A stretch of 64,000 nucleotides of DNA from Leptolyngbyaceae cyanobacterium clean351 (lineage in GTDB: Bacteria; Cyanobacteriota; Cyanobacteriia; DAIDHW01), in contig DAIDHW010000001.1 in the NCBI GenBank assembly GCA_027451865.1, positions 81,798-145,797 on the forward strand, in the 5' to 3' direction. The notes under the pieces were generated by a model. The model saw only the letters and a list, made by a program, of their open reading frames with translations. It was not told the DNA's origin and ran no database searches. Made by a program: the position numbers and the translations under genes. Below are positions 19,872 through 29,938 of this stretch, one piece after another. How positions within the stretch are numbered: position 1 is the first letter of the stretch; the number at the start of each line of letters is the position of its first letter.

Positions 19872-21128
19872 TTAATTGTACTGAGAAAGGACCCGGACCG
19901 GCTGGCCATCTTGCAGCTGGGGGGAGTGAGTGAGGATGACTTGGTCGCCGCCCACTAGGCCTGCTAAAACCCGCACCTGTCCGGCAGCAGGCTTACCCAC
20001 CTCTAGCCACCGCAACTCGGCCCGCTGGTGGGTCTGGTCAACCACGTACACTCCCGTTAGTTGTCCCTGGTGTACTAAAGCTGCCTGGGGGATAGTGATG
20101 ACTGATCGAGTACCGGCGATGGGCAGGTTAATCTGTCCATACATCCCTGCCATGAGACCACTGGGGCGGTCCAGGGGGACCTTAACCAGGAAGGTCCGGG
20201 ACTGGGGGTCGGCGGCCGGGACGATCTGACCAATGTGCCCAGGATAGTTATGGCCAGCGACTTGCACCGCAATTGGCTCTCCTAGCTTGACGTCAGTGGC
20301 GTTTTGCTCCGGCACGGGTACCTCTAGCTGTAGATGGTCTGAGTCCTGGATTTTGATGAGGGCGGTGCCGCTGGGGGAATAGGGATTAGTAACCTCACCA
20401 GGAGAGGCTAGCTTTTCAGTTACCACCCCGTTAAAGGGAGCGACCACTTGGCCATAGCTTTGGTCAGCCAGCGCAGTAACTACCTGGGCTTGGGCTTGCC
20501 CTAGAGCAGCTTGGGCCTGCCTGACGGCCGCCCGGGCTTGCCGGATGGCAGCCTTAGTTTGGGCCAGAACTGCCTTAGCCTCGGCTAGGGTGTCGTTGGC
20601 TTGGTCAAGCTGGGCTTGGGGAATTGCTCCTTCCCTCGTCAGCCAGGCGGAGCGCTGCTGGTTAATTTGGGCCAGGTGTAGGGCCGCCAGGTTCTGGAGG
20701 GCTTGGGCCTGCAGCTGCTCAAGGGTAGCTTGGATCCGGGCTACCTCCGCTGCTGCTTGGGCAACATTAGACCGGGCGGCGGCCGTTTGCCCTGCCATAT
20801 CCTGGGTATCAATTCTTGCCACTACGGCCCCTTGGGCAATACGGTCCCCTGTGTGCCAGGGCAAATAGGTGATCAGCCCCGCCAAACGGGTGGAGAGGAC
20901 AGCCTTGTGTAGAGGTGCGATGGTGCCGCTGAGAGTCAAGCAGTCCCCCTGGGGGTGGGGGTAGACCCGGAGGATGCGCACTGCCATGGCCGGAAGTACA
21001 GGGGCCGCGGTCGGTGGCTTAACCTGACTCAGTACCCGTCCCAAGCCAAAGCCCGCCAACAAAAGAGCTACCCCCCAAGCCACAATCGTCCCTCGACCCA
21101 GACCATTCATGGTGATTTGTTTATCCAT
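19872..21128 (-). CDS. RND efflux periplasmic adaptor (MFP)
   Basis: N-terminal TM, lipoyl halves, long Ala/Gln coiled coil, APFNGVV, DPQSRTF. Confidence 0.93.
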   Translation of the reverse strand: MDKQITMNGLGRGTIVAWGVALLLAGFGLGRVLSQVKPPTAAPVLPAMAVRILRVYPHPQGDCLTLSGTIAPLHKAVLSTRLAGLITYLPWHTGDRIAQGAVVARIDTQDMAGQTAAARSNVAQAAAEVARIQATLEQLQAQALQNLAALHLAQINQQRSAWLTREGAIPQAQLDQANDTLAEAKAVLAQTKAAIRQARAAVRQAQAALGQAQAQVVTALADQSYGQVVAPFNGVVTEKLASPGEVTNPYSPSGTALIKIQDSDHLQLEVPVPEQNATDVKLGEPIAVQVAGHNYPGHIGQIVPAADPQSRTFLVKVPLDRPSGLMAGMYGQINLPIAGTRSVITIPQAALVHQGQLTGVYVVDQTHQRAELRWLEVGKPAAGQVRVLAGLVGGDQVILTHSPQLQDGQPVRVLSQYN

Positions 21129-21221
21129 CGCTGTTGCCGACCTCCATGCCCTAAAGAATCTAAGAACATATTACTACTGAGTTGTATAAGTATCCCTAGG
21201 AAACCTCTCCCAGGGCAAACT

Positions 21222-21848
21222 TCAGTACCCTTGCTCGGCCAGGAACTCGAGGGTGATTTCCTCTTCCATAGCCCGGGAGGAGAGAAATTTGTGGGCGTAC
21301 TTAGCCAGAATATCCCCCTCCAGGTTCACCGGTGCTCCAGGTTCTAGGTACTGTAGGTTAGTGGTGCGATAGGTATGGGGGATGACGGCCACCGAAAACT
21401 GACCCCCCCCTTCCCTAAGGTTAGCTACGGTCAGGCTAACTCCATTCACCGCTATACTGCCCTTGGCAACCAGATAGGGAGCAACCGTCGGCGGGGTACT
21501 AAATTCCATTATCCAGGCTGCTTCTGCCCCGGTTACCCCCAGTAGGTGGCCTACCCCATCCACATGTCCGGTGACAAAGTGACCCCCTAAACGGTCTCCC
21601 ACCCGTAGGGATAATTCCAGGTTGACCAAGCGACCTCCCTGGCCGAGAGTGCTCCGCTGGAGAGTTTCCGGGGAAACTACCGCCCCAAACCCCCCACCCC
21701 CCAAGTCAGCCACCGTCAGACACACCCCATCTACGGCGACACTGTCTCCCAGGGTGAGCTGCCCAAGGTCTCCTTGGGGATAAATCCTCAGGTGTGTCTC
21801 ACCTAGGGTCTCGACTACGCCCATTACTTGTACTAGACCCGTAAACAT
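21222..21848 (-). CDS. ribE: Riboflavin synthase (alpha chain)
   Basis: Start reassigned to the canonical MFTGLV N-terminus; GDSVAVDGVCLTV, GGHFVTGHVDG. Confidence 0.96.
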   Translation of the reverse strand: MFTGLVQVMGVVETLGETHLRIYPQGDLGQLTLGDSVAVDGVCLTVADLGGGGFGAVVSPETLQRSTLGQGGRLVNLELSLRVGDRLGGHFVTGHVDGVGHLLGVTGAEAAWIMEFSTPPTVAPYLVAKGSIAVNGVSLTVANLREGGGQFSVAVIPHTYRTTNLQYLEPGAPVNLEGDILAKYAHKFLSSRAMEEEITLEFLAEQGY

Positions 21849-21931
21849 TCCCAGGTGATTCCTTCTTCCACAGGCCATAATTGAAACTAGACTAACCCTT
21901 AGCGGTGTCCCCGCGCCTGGAAGCTAAGACC

Positions 21932-22441
21932 ATGATTGAAATGAGAGTTGCCGGGGTGATTGTCGACCCCCCCACCCGAATTCCTGTGGTGCTGTTGCGG
22001 GATCCCCAAGACCGTCGAGCCTTGCGCATCTATGTCAGTCAGGACCAAGCCCAGGCGATTTTCAACGCCTACAAGCATCAAGTCCCCCTACGGCCCTTCA
22101 CCCACGACCTGATGATCAATATCCTCAAGGAATGGGACCTGACTGTGGAGCGAGTGGTGATCCACTCCCTCCAGGACAATACCTTCCACGCCGTCGTTAC
22201 TGTCCGCCAAGGGGAGGTGAAAAAAGACCTGGATGCCCGCTCTAGTGATGCCATTGCCCTTGCTCTACGCGCCAACGCGCCAATCTGGGTATTTGAGGAA
22301 GTGATTGCCGACGCCTCAATCCCTGTGGACGAAGAGGCCGATGAGGCGGAACAGCAGGCCTTCCGTGAATTCTTGGCTAATCTCAGACCAGAGGACCTAA
22401 TCCAACGGGGGGGCTGGGATGAGGAGCGGCACTCCTCCTAG
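21932..22441 (+). CDS. Bifunctional nuclease family protein (DUF151)
   Basis: MIEMRVAG, RPFTHDL, DARSSDAIALALR. Confidence 0.92.
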   Translation: MIEMRVAGVIVDPPTRIPVVLLRDPQDRRALRIYVSQDQAQAIFNAYKHQVPLRPFTHDLMINILKEWDLTVERVVIHSLQDNTFHAVVTVRQGEVKKDLDARSSDAIALALRANAPIWVFEEVIADASIPVDEEADEAEQQAFREFLANLRPEDLIQRGGWDEERHSS

Positions 22442-22488
22442 TTGCCTCGAGGATGAGTCTCAGAGTAACCCAAAGGAGGGCAGTCCAG

Positions 22489-23619
22489 ATGCGTTATCGG
22501 CGTTTTGGTAAAACTGAGTTACCTTTGTCGGTGTTCTCCCTGGGAGTGATGCGCTGTTTGGCCTCCCCGGAGATGGCCTTAGCTACCATCTACAGGGCCC
22601 TAGAGTTGGGCATCAACCACCTAGAGACCGCCCAGGCCTATGGTGCTAGTGAAACCTACCTGGGCCAGTTTTTTCGCAGCTTCCCGCAGCGGCAGCAGGT
22701 TTACCTGACCACCAAAATCATCCCCCAGGGAGATGCTGACACCATGGAGCGGCTCATTGACCAGTCCCTAGGGCGTCTAGAGTGCGGCTATTTAGACACC
22801 TTGGCAGTCCATGGCCTCAACACTCAGGAACACTTAGACTGGTTGCACCGGGGGGGGATGACCGGGGTACAACGGGCAGTAGCTGATGGCCGAGTTCGCC
22901 ACGTGGGTTTTTCTACTCACGGTCCCCTAGAGGTGGTTTTGGCCGCCATCAACACTGGTCTATTTAGTTTTGTCAATCTCCACTACTACCTGTTCTTTCA
23001 GCGGCTTGCCCCAGCCCTCGATGTCGCCCAAGCCCAGGACCTAGGAGTGTTCATTATCTCCCCCGCCGATAAGGGAGGACTTCTTTATACTCCCCCGGAG
23101 CAACTTGAGCAACTGTGCGCTCCCCTGTCCCCCCTCCACCTAAACTATCGATTCCTCTTGGCGGACTCCCGGATCACTACCCTTAGCTTAGGACCAGCTA
23201 ACCCGGAAGAATTGGCATGGCCTCTGGCGGTGGCCGACCAGGAGGGCCCCTTGACCCTGGAGGAGGTGGGGATTCTTAACCGATTGCGCCGGCAGCAGGA
23301 GCTAGCCCTCGGATCTGACCTGTGCCGCCAGTGTTACCAATGCCTTCCTTGTCCAGAAGGGATTCATATTCCCGAGGTCCTGAGGCTGCGCAACCTTACG
23401 GTTGCCTACGACATGGTACCGTACGGTAAATACCGCTACGGAATGCTAGGCAAGGCTGGCCACTGGGTGCCCGGACGACCCGGAGACCAGTGCACAGACT
23501 GTGGCGATTGCCTGCCCCGCTGCCCAGAAAAGTTAGCTATTCCCGCTCTGCTACGGGATACCCACCGTCGCCTCCAGGGCCAGGAGGTTAAGCGTTTGTG
23601 GGGAAATAAAACTATGTAG
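22489..23619 (+). CDS. Aldo/keto reductase with C-terminal 4Fe-4S dicluster
   Basis: MRYRRFGKT, GINHLETA..YG, GFSTHG; CxxCxxCxPC motifs. Confidence 0.92.
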   Translation: MRYRRFGKTELPLSVFSLGVMRCLASPEMALATIYRALELGINHLETAQAYGASETYLGQFFRSFPQRQQVYLTTKIIPQGDADTMERLIDQSLGRLECGYLDTLAVHGLNTQEHLDWLHRGGMTGVQRAVADGRVRHVGFSTHGPLEVVLAAINTGLFSFVNLHYYLFFQRLAPALDVAQAQDLGVFIISPADKGGLLYTPPEQLEQLCAPLSPLHLNYRFLLADSRITTLSLGPANPEELAWPLAVADQEGPLTLEEVGILNRLRRQQELALGSDLCRQCYQCLPCPEGIHIPEVLRLRNLTVAYDMVPYGKYRYGMLGKAGHWVPGRPGDQCTDCGDCLPRCPEKLAIPALLRDTHRRLQGQEVKRLWGNKTM

Positions 23620-23759
23620 CAGCACATCAACAGGCCCTCAAGTTCTCCAGGTCCAGGAGGGTAAACGACCATGGGCATAACTAGGAGTTCATAAGGGCAA
23701 TCAGCAGCTTAAAATATGAACAGGATTATGTAAAATTTCGTAAACTTCCCCCGGATCCC

Positions 23760-24731
23760 ATGACCTCCGCCACCCCCTTTCTCACCGCCATCGTCGAGGC
23801 AGACTTAGCCCTGATGACGGAGAACCTAAAAAAACTGGTTAGCGCTGGACACCCTATCCTCCACGCTGCGGCAGACCATCTCTTCGGAGCTGGGGGGAAA
23901 CGCCTGAGACCAGCAGTGGTACTGTTGGCATCCCGGGCTACCATGCCGGACCAAAACCTGACGGCTTACCACCGCAGCTTGGCAGAGATCACCGAAATGA
24001 TTCATACCGCCAGCCTCGTCCATGATGATGTCCTAGACGAATCGGAGGTCCGGCGGGGTATCGCCACCGTCCACAGCAGTTTCGGCAATCGGGTGGCTGT
24101 GCTCGCCGGTGACTTTCTGTTTGCCCAGTCCTCCTGGTACCTAGCGAACCTCAATAACCTAGAGGTAGTGAAACTGCTCTCCCGGGTGATTATGGACCTG
24201 GCAGAGGGAGAGATCCTCCAGGGATTAAATCGCTTTGACATCATTTCCATTGATGCTTATCTCGAAAAGACCTATTACAAGACCGCTTCCCTGATCGCCA
24301 ACAGCGCCAAATCCGCCGCCCTCCTCAGCGGTGCTCCGGAACCCGTTGCCCAAGATTTGTATAACTACGGCCGCAACTTGGGTCTGGCCTTTCAGATCAT
24401 CGACGATATTTTCGACTTTACTGCCAGCGCTGAGGTCCTGGGTAAGCCGGTCGGCTCCGACCTCAAAAGTGGCAACCTAACTGCCCCAGTCCTATTTGCC
24501 CTGGAAGACTATCCCCAGCTGGAGAAATTTATCCTGCGGGAATTTGCCCAGGAAGGAGACCTAGAGCAAACTCTCTCCCTGGTCAAAAACAGCCGTGGCC
24601 TCCAGCGGGCTCGGGATCTAGCGGTCCACTTTGCCCATACGGCGGTCGAGAATCTAGCCCAGTTACCCGCCTCCGTTTCCCGGCAAGCGCTGATAAACCT
24701 AACGGAGCATGTGATTAACCGCAGTAGTTAG
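23760..24731 (+). CDS. sds: Solanesyl diphosphate synthase
   Basis: GGKRLRP, FARM HDDVLD, KTASL, SARM IDDIFD. Confidence 0.93.
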   Translation: MTSATPFLTAIVEADLALMTENLKKLVSAGHPILHAAADHLFGAGGKRLRPAVVLLASRATMPDQNLTAYHRSLAEITEMIHTASLVHDDVLDESEVRRGIATVHSSFGNRVAVLAGDFLFAQSSWYLANLNNLEVVKLLSRVIMDLAEGEILQGLNRFDIISIDAYLEKTYYKTASLIANSAKSAALLSGAPEPVAQDLYNYGRNLGLAFQIIDDIFDFTASAEVLGKPVGSDLKSGNLTAPVLFALEDYPQLEKFILREFAQEGDLEQTLSLVKNSRGLQRARDLAVHFAHTAVENLAQLPASVSRQALINLTEHVINRSS

Positions 24732-24842
24732 GGCGGCAAAATCGCTGAAACTAAAACAGGCCCAGGGGATCTGATACTATTATCCTTAGCTGTATACCTC
24801 CACCCACAGCCCTTGCCTTAACTCACAGGATCAGTTCGCCTC

Positions 24843-27098
24843 ATGGATTTTTCGCCTGCCGATTTGCTCTCCAACTTTCCGGACGAGAAACTGGTTGCCC
24901 CTAAAATTTTAGAAAAAAAGCTCAATTGTACTACAAAAAGGTCCCTGGAGCAGCTGCAGATTTGCCTAGATGCCTTGGAGAAGTTAGAGATTCTAGTTAA
25001 GGAGCGGGGGAAGTATCGCCGAGTGACCGAAGAAGGCCTAGTCAGTGGCAAGCTGCGCTGTTCCAGTAAGGGTTTTTGTTTCGCGATTCAGGAAGTGGAG
25101 GGGGCCGAGGACATCTACATCCGTGAAACCCACGTCGGGACAGCCTGGAACGGTGACCGGGTACTAGTGAAGGTGACCCGGGAAGGCCGCCGCCGCCGCA
25201 GCCCTGAGGGGGAAGTACGCCTGGTGCTAGAGCGAGCTAACCCCTCGATTTTGGCCCGGGTCAAGCGTTCTCCCCAGGGATTCCAAGCCGTCCCCCTAGA
25301 TGACCGGCTTCTATTTGAATTGGACCTAGAGGCCGGAGAAGGAGAAGACCTCGCCCCCCTAGAGGGCCATCTAGTCCACGTGCGGATCCTGCGCTACCCC
25401 CTTGGTCAGCTGCGTCCGGTGGGTCAGGTCACCCGGAGCCTAGAAAGCGAAAGTGGACCAGCATCGGACCTGATGATCATCTGCTGTAAGCACGATTTGC
25501 CCCAGGACTTTCCGGCCGAAGTACTCCTAGCTGCCGACCAGGCCGCAGCAGAAATCTCCCCTGAGGAATTCGCTGCCCGCCGGGACCTGCGCTCTCTGTT
25601 CACAGTGGCTCTCAAGCCTAACCTTGATCCAGGGGTGTCTAACCACTCGGATAATGCCATTACCCTCGAGGAGCTACCCTCCGGGTTGTGGCGGCTGGGG
25701 ATTCACGTGGCTGACGTGGCCCACTTTGTCACTCCCCAATCACCCCTAGACCAGGAGGCCGAACGCCGCACCACCGCTGTCCACCTGGGGGACCAGGTCC
25801 TGCCCCTGCTGCCGGCTAACCTTACGGAACGATGCTGTGCTTTAATCCCTGGCCAGGACCGCTTGAGCATTTCGGTGCTGCTGACCCTGACCGCGAGCGG
25901 CGAAATCGTTACCTTTGAGATTCAACCAACGGTAGTGCAGGTAGATGAGTTTCTCAGCTACGCCCAGGCCCGGGATATCCTCCAGGCAGAACCGAGTAGC
26001 GACCTGCACCATTGGCTAGGCAACCTGCGCCAGTTGAGTGGTACGCTGGGAGAACAGCGCCGGCGGCGGGGAGCCTTTGAACTGAACCTGCCCCAGGCTC
26101 AGTTCCGCTGCGACGATGAAGGAGCCATGGGAGCTATGGTGGTTTCCTCTATTCAGCCAGTACGCTCCCTGGTGGCGGAGGTGATGATATTAGCTAACCA
26201 GGTAGTGGCCAGTCACCTGCAGGCCCTAGGGGTACCGGGGATTTACCGGGTTCATCCCCTACCTAACCTAGATAGCGTCCAGGAGGTAGCTAAGCTCGGC
26301 TGCAACATGGGGATTGAGCTACGCCTAGAGCAGGAGGACGGGGTCTGCCCCCAAGACTACCAGCACTTCACCCAGGCCTTTGCCAAATCCGAGCTAGAGA
26401 AGGTGCTCACCTACCTGTTGCTTGAGACCCTCAAGCCCGCCTCCTACAGCACTACCCCACGCTCCCACTTTGCCCTAGCCCTTGACCAGGGATATACTCA
26501 CTTCGTCTCGCCACTGCACCGCTATCCAGACCTATTGATCCAACGGGTCCTTAAGAGTGTGTTTGCCTTAGGCCGTGACCGCCGTTCCACCAGGACTAAG
26601 GAACAGGCAGACCTACGCAGCAGCATCTGTCATGGGAAAGTTACCTGGAAAGTACTCCCTCCGGAGGTCCACGAAGCCCTAGAGCAACAGTTTGCCAGTC
26701 AAGTAGTACACTTAACTGAACGGGAAAAGGAAGCCCTAGAGGCGGAAAAGGACATGGAAGGCCTCCAGAAAGCTGGCTTTATGGAACAGCGCACCGGCGA
26801 GATATTTCACGGTTTGATTATTGGAGTCCAATCCTACGGCCTGTTCGTGGAGATTGAGGAACTGTTGGTGGAAGGGCTAGTACACGTCAGCTCCCTTAAG
26901 GATGACTGGTACGAGTATCGGGCCCGTCAACAGGCCCTAGTGGGCCGTCGCAGCCGCCGCCAATACAGCCTCGGGGGCCAAGTCCTGGTCCAAGTCAAAG
27001 GGGTAGACTACTACCGTCAACAGATAGACCTTGTGATCATACCTGACGAGACCAAGGAAACCGAGCTAGACCTCGTCGAGACCGCTGAGGAATCTTGA
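24843..27098 (+). CDS. RNase II/R (RNB) family protein, Zam-like
   Basis: Cold-shock domain (SKGFCF), RNB (HFAL...YTHFVSPLHRYPDL) and S1 domain; catalytic Asp cluster degenerate. Confidence 0.9.
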   Translation: MDFSPADLLSNFPDEKLVAPKILEKKLNCTTKRSLEQLQICLDALEKLEILVKERGKYRRVTEEGLVSGKLRCSSKGFCFAIQEVEGAEDIYIRETHVGTAWNGDRVLVKVTREGRRRRSPEGEVRLVLERANPSILARVKRSPQGFQAVPLDDRLLFELDLEAGEGEDLAPLEGHLVHVRILRYPLGQLRPVGQVTRSLESESGPASDLMIICCKHDLPQDFPAEVLLAADQAAAEISPEEFAARRDLRSLFTVALKPNLDPGVSNHSDNAITLEELPSGLWRLGIHVADVAHFVTPQSPLDQEAERRTTAVHLGDQVLPLLPANLTERCCALIPGQDRLSISVLLTLTASGEIVTFEIQPTVVQVDEFLSYAQARDILQAEPSSDLHHWLGNLRQLSGTLGEQRRRRGAFELNLPQAQFRCDDEGAMGAMVVSSIQPVRSLVAEVMILANQVVASHLQALGVPGIYRVHPLPNLDSVQEVAKLGCNMGIELRLEQEDGVCPQDYQHFTQAFAKSELEKVLTYLLLETLKPASYSTTPRSHFALALDQGYTHFVSPLHRYPDLLIQRVLKSVFALGRDRRSTRTKEQADLRSSICHGKVTWKVLPPEVHEALEQQFASQVVHLTEREKEALEAEKDMEGLQKAGFMEQRTGEIFHGLIIGVQSYGLFVEIEELLVEGLVHVSSLKDDWYEYRARQQALVGRRSRRQYSLGGQVLVQVKGVDYYRQQIDLVIIPDETKETELDLVETAEES

Positions 27099-27703
27099 AC
27101 CAGCGCCCCCTAATTCTGGGTGTTTCGGGAGCTTCAGGCCTGATATATGCCCTCCGAGTCCTGCGACACCTGCTCAATGCTGACCAAGCCATTGAAGTGG
27201 TGGCTAGCCGTGCCTCCTACCAGGTTTGGAGGGCTGAGTACGGTCTGACTTTACCCGGGGGGGGGCCTGCCCAAGCCCAATTTTGGCGGCAACAGTCTGG
27301 CGCCGAGGGGGGAGGGAAGCTTACCTGTCATCCCTGGCAAGACCTAGGCGCGGGAATTGCCAGTGGCTCCTATCGCACCCAGGGGATGTTAGTGGTCCCC
27401 TGTAGCATGAGTACAGTAGCTAAGTTAGCTACTGGCCTAAGTACAGATTTACTGGAGCGGTCGGCAGATGTACAGCTAAAGGAGGGAAGACCTCTGGTTC
27501 TAGTACCGCGGGAAACCCCCTTTAGTTTGATTCACCTGCGCAATCTCACTACCCTTGCGGAGGCAGGAGCCCGAATTGTCCCAGCTATCCCCGCTTGGTA
27601 CCACCATCCCCAGACCATTGAAGACTTGGTAGATTTTGTCGTGGCCCGGGCCCTTGACCAACTGGGTATAGATTGTGTGCCCCTAAGACGCTGGAGGGAA
27701 TAG
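27095..27703 (+). CDS. ubiX: Flavin prenyltransferase UbiX
   Basis: GVSGASG, IASGS, PCSMST, LKEGRPLVLVPRETP. Confidence 0.95.
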   Translation: MNQRPLILGVSGASGLIYALRVLRHLLNADQAIEVVASRASYQVWRAEYGLTLPGGGPAQAQFWRQQSGAEGGGKLTCHPWQDLGAGIASGSYRTQGMLVVPCSMSTVAKLATGLSTDLLERSADVQLKEGRPLVLVPRETPFSLIHLRNLTTLAEAGARIVPAIPAWYHHPQTIEDLVDFVVARALDQLGIDCVPLRRWRE

Positions 27704-28174
27704 GGCGGCGACAGCCTGACCAAGCTGCTCAAAGGACAAGCTACCGGCCTGGCTGAACACCTTGTGCCCAGTTCCATCAAATAAGACCGTTTGGGGTACT
27801 TGGCCCTGGTAGTAATAACCGGGCTCGAGGGGCGTGTACTGGGACTGCGGCAACCAAGTGTCAGGGCTTACGGCCAGCAGATTTAAACGGTGGACGTACA
27901 TCCCCTGCACCCGGGAGACCACAGCAGCGTATTCTTTGCAATCGCGGCTGTCATCAACGTAGAACACTAGCAAGGTTGGCTTAGGCCCCCGGAGGGCTTC
28001 GGCAAGGGAGGTCTTAGGAGGTACTAGAGAGCCGTCTCCAGCGTAAAGGGCAAAGATATTGCCATCGTAGTGGTCATCAGCTAAGTTGGCTAGAGCTGGG
28101 GCGCCGGGATTGATGAGCAGAAGCCCAGTTAGACACAACCAAAGCAGTACACTGAAGATTGATTTGGGAAGCAT
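27683..28174 (-). CDS. Thioredoxin-like thylakoid lumen protein (PSI accumulation factor family)
   Basis: Signal peptide; DDHYDGNIFALYAGDGSLVPP, FYVDDSRDCK. Confidence 0.8.
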   Translation of the reverse strand: MLPKSIFSVLLWLCLTGLLLINPGAPALANLADDHYDGNIFALYAGDGSLVPPKTSLAEALRGPKPTLLVFYVDDSRDCKEYAAVVSRVQGMYVHRLNLLAVSPDTWLPQSQYTPLEPGYYYQGQVPQTVLFDGTGHKVFSQAGSLSFEQLGQAVAALFPPAS

Positions 28175-28416
28175 GGGGGAGAGCGCAAGTCTGCTGATAC
28201 TTATTTACGAGTCGGACAGCTTAACTATTATACCTGGGATTAGACTTAGCCCCAAGGGGAGATTTCCCGATGGAGATAGCTAGGGCAAATAGTTAGTCGC
28301 GTAAAGATAGGAAACTAATCCCTCGGGGGCAACCTAAAATAAATCTAAAATGGTGGGAATTCCCAAGCCTACTTCCCGAGCATTACCTAACCGTCGTCAA
28401 TTTGAGGAGCACCACC

Positions 28417-29316
28417 GTGCAGTCAGCCAAACAACACAACCAAATTGTGGGCTATTTTCTGGAAGAAGCCCGGGAACACTTGGAAACCATGGAAAAATGC
28501 CTTCTAGAACTTCAGGCGACGATGGAAGACCAGGAGCGGATGAATGAATTATTCCGGGCCGCCCACTCCCTGAAAGGGGGAGCAGCCATGCTCGGATTTC
28601 AGGCGATCCAGAAAACCGCTCACCAACTAGAGGATGCCCTGAAGCTGCTGCAGGAAAACCCCATCACCATCGACCAACAGTTAGAAACCCTATTTCTGCA
28701 GGAATTAGATGCCCTCCGGGAGTTGACAGCTTGTATTGAGGGGCCCTTTGGCTGGCAGGAGGACGATGCCGCCACCATACTGCGCAAGTACGAACCTACA
28801 CTAAAAGAATTGGCGGCCCACCTGGGTACCCTCCTGGGGGGAGAGGAACAAAAAGAAGCTGAGGCTGCCTCAATGGCTGTTTCCACTAACCTTTTTGTCT
28901 CCTTGGCCACCAATGAGCTGCGGCAAATGTTGACCCTATTTAAGGGACCAGAAAATGAGGGTACTCGCCACCAGATCGTTAGTTTATGCGACCAGTTTAT
29001 TACCATTGGCCCTAACTTAAAGACCTGGCAGGATATAGTGCGCCTGGCCCAAAAAGCAATCGACAAGCCCCAAAACTCCTATAAGACCCTGGCTCCGGTA
29101 GTGATCAGGGACCTAAAACAGGCAATCGACTTGATCCAAGCTGAACGCGCGGCCAGCATTGTTCCCAGCAGCGCCCTGGAGCAGCTAGCAAGTTCTGCTG
29201 CTGCCCTGCCCTTACCCCAAGACCCCAAAGCGGTAGCGGCCCAACTGATCCAGAACTTCAATAAGCAACAGTTACGCGAGATTGCTCAGATCCTAGTCAT
29301 GGCCCTTAAGGCCTAG
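28417..29316 (+). CDS. Hpt domain-containing protein (CheA P1-like N-terminus)
   Basis: YFLEEAREHL...LFRAAHSLKGGAAMLG; GTG start preceded by GAGGAG. Confidence 0.88.
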   Translation: MQSAKQHNQIVGYFLEEAREHLETMEKCLLELQATMEDQERMNELFRAAHSLKGGAAMLGFQAIQKTAHQLEDALKLLQENPITIDQQLETLFLQELDALRELTACIEGPFGWQEDDAATILRKYEPTLKELAAHLGTLLGGEEQKEAEAASMAVSTNLFVSLATNELRQMLTLFKGPENEGTRHQIVSLCDQFITIGPNLKTWQDIVRLAQKAIDKPQNSYKTLAPVVIRDLKQAIDLIQAERAASIVPSSALEQLASSAAALPLPQDPKAVAAQLIQNFNKQQLREIAQILVMALKA

Positions 29317-29924
29317 GACCGGTAGACCCGCCACGCTAACTGCAACAGGGAACTAATAATTGTAGCTGCCACTACCGGTCCCCCCTTGGCTCCCTTGGTG
29401 TAGATGTAGGGCCCAGTAGTCTTTCCTAGGCGCTCCTTGACCGTGTTTTCAGCCAGCAGTACGGGCGGAGTAGCAACTATCAGGGCTGGTTTAACTTCCC
29501 CTGACTCCATCAAGTCTAAGAGAATAGCTAGGGCCATGGGGTCTTGGCCAATTACAAAAATCCCCTCTGGGTAGAGCTTAGCTAAGGTTTCTAGGCCCCA
29601 AGCCGAGGCGCTCTTGCCCACCTGCGGCCGAGTATTGGCCTCGGTGGCACAGTAGAGGGGGTTGACAAAGGTTTGTACCATAATCGGTAACAAACCCGCT
29701 CTCACCATTCCCGAATCAACGATCACCGGCGTACGTACTGCCAGGGCCGCCGCCCCTGCGTGGAGGGATTCGGGGGAGAAAACTATTTGGTCTTTATAGT
29801 CAAAGTCTCCAGTAGCGTAGACCACCTGCCGGACAATAATATAGCCAGTGGGTGAAAACTCGTGACTGCCTATTTCCTGGTCAATCAGAGCCAAACTATG
29901 AGCATCACTACTGGAGTATTCCAT
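29313..29924 (-). CDS. cobH: Precorrin-8X methylmutase-like (CobH/CbiC) paralog
   Basis: S.ALID.EIG, YATGDF, VIG..P.AL, KGG..VAA. Confidence 0.8.
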   Translation of the reverse strand: MEYSSSDAHSLALIDQEIGSHEFSPTGYIIVRQVVYATGDFDYKDQIVFSPESLHAGAAALAVRTPVIVDSGMVRAGLLPIMVQTFVNPLYCATEANTRPQVGKSASAWGLETLAKLYPEGIFVIGQDPMALAILLDLMESGEVKPALIVATPPVLLAENTVKERLGKTTGPYIYTKGAKGGPVVAATIISSLLQLAWRVYRS

Positions 29925-29938
29925 CGGTGGAGCCTGCG

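Noticed and set aside
23655..23694. AGGAGG followed by a 7-codon ORF (MGITRSS) upstream of sds
   Set aside because: Too short to support; no attenuator structure seen
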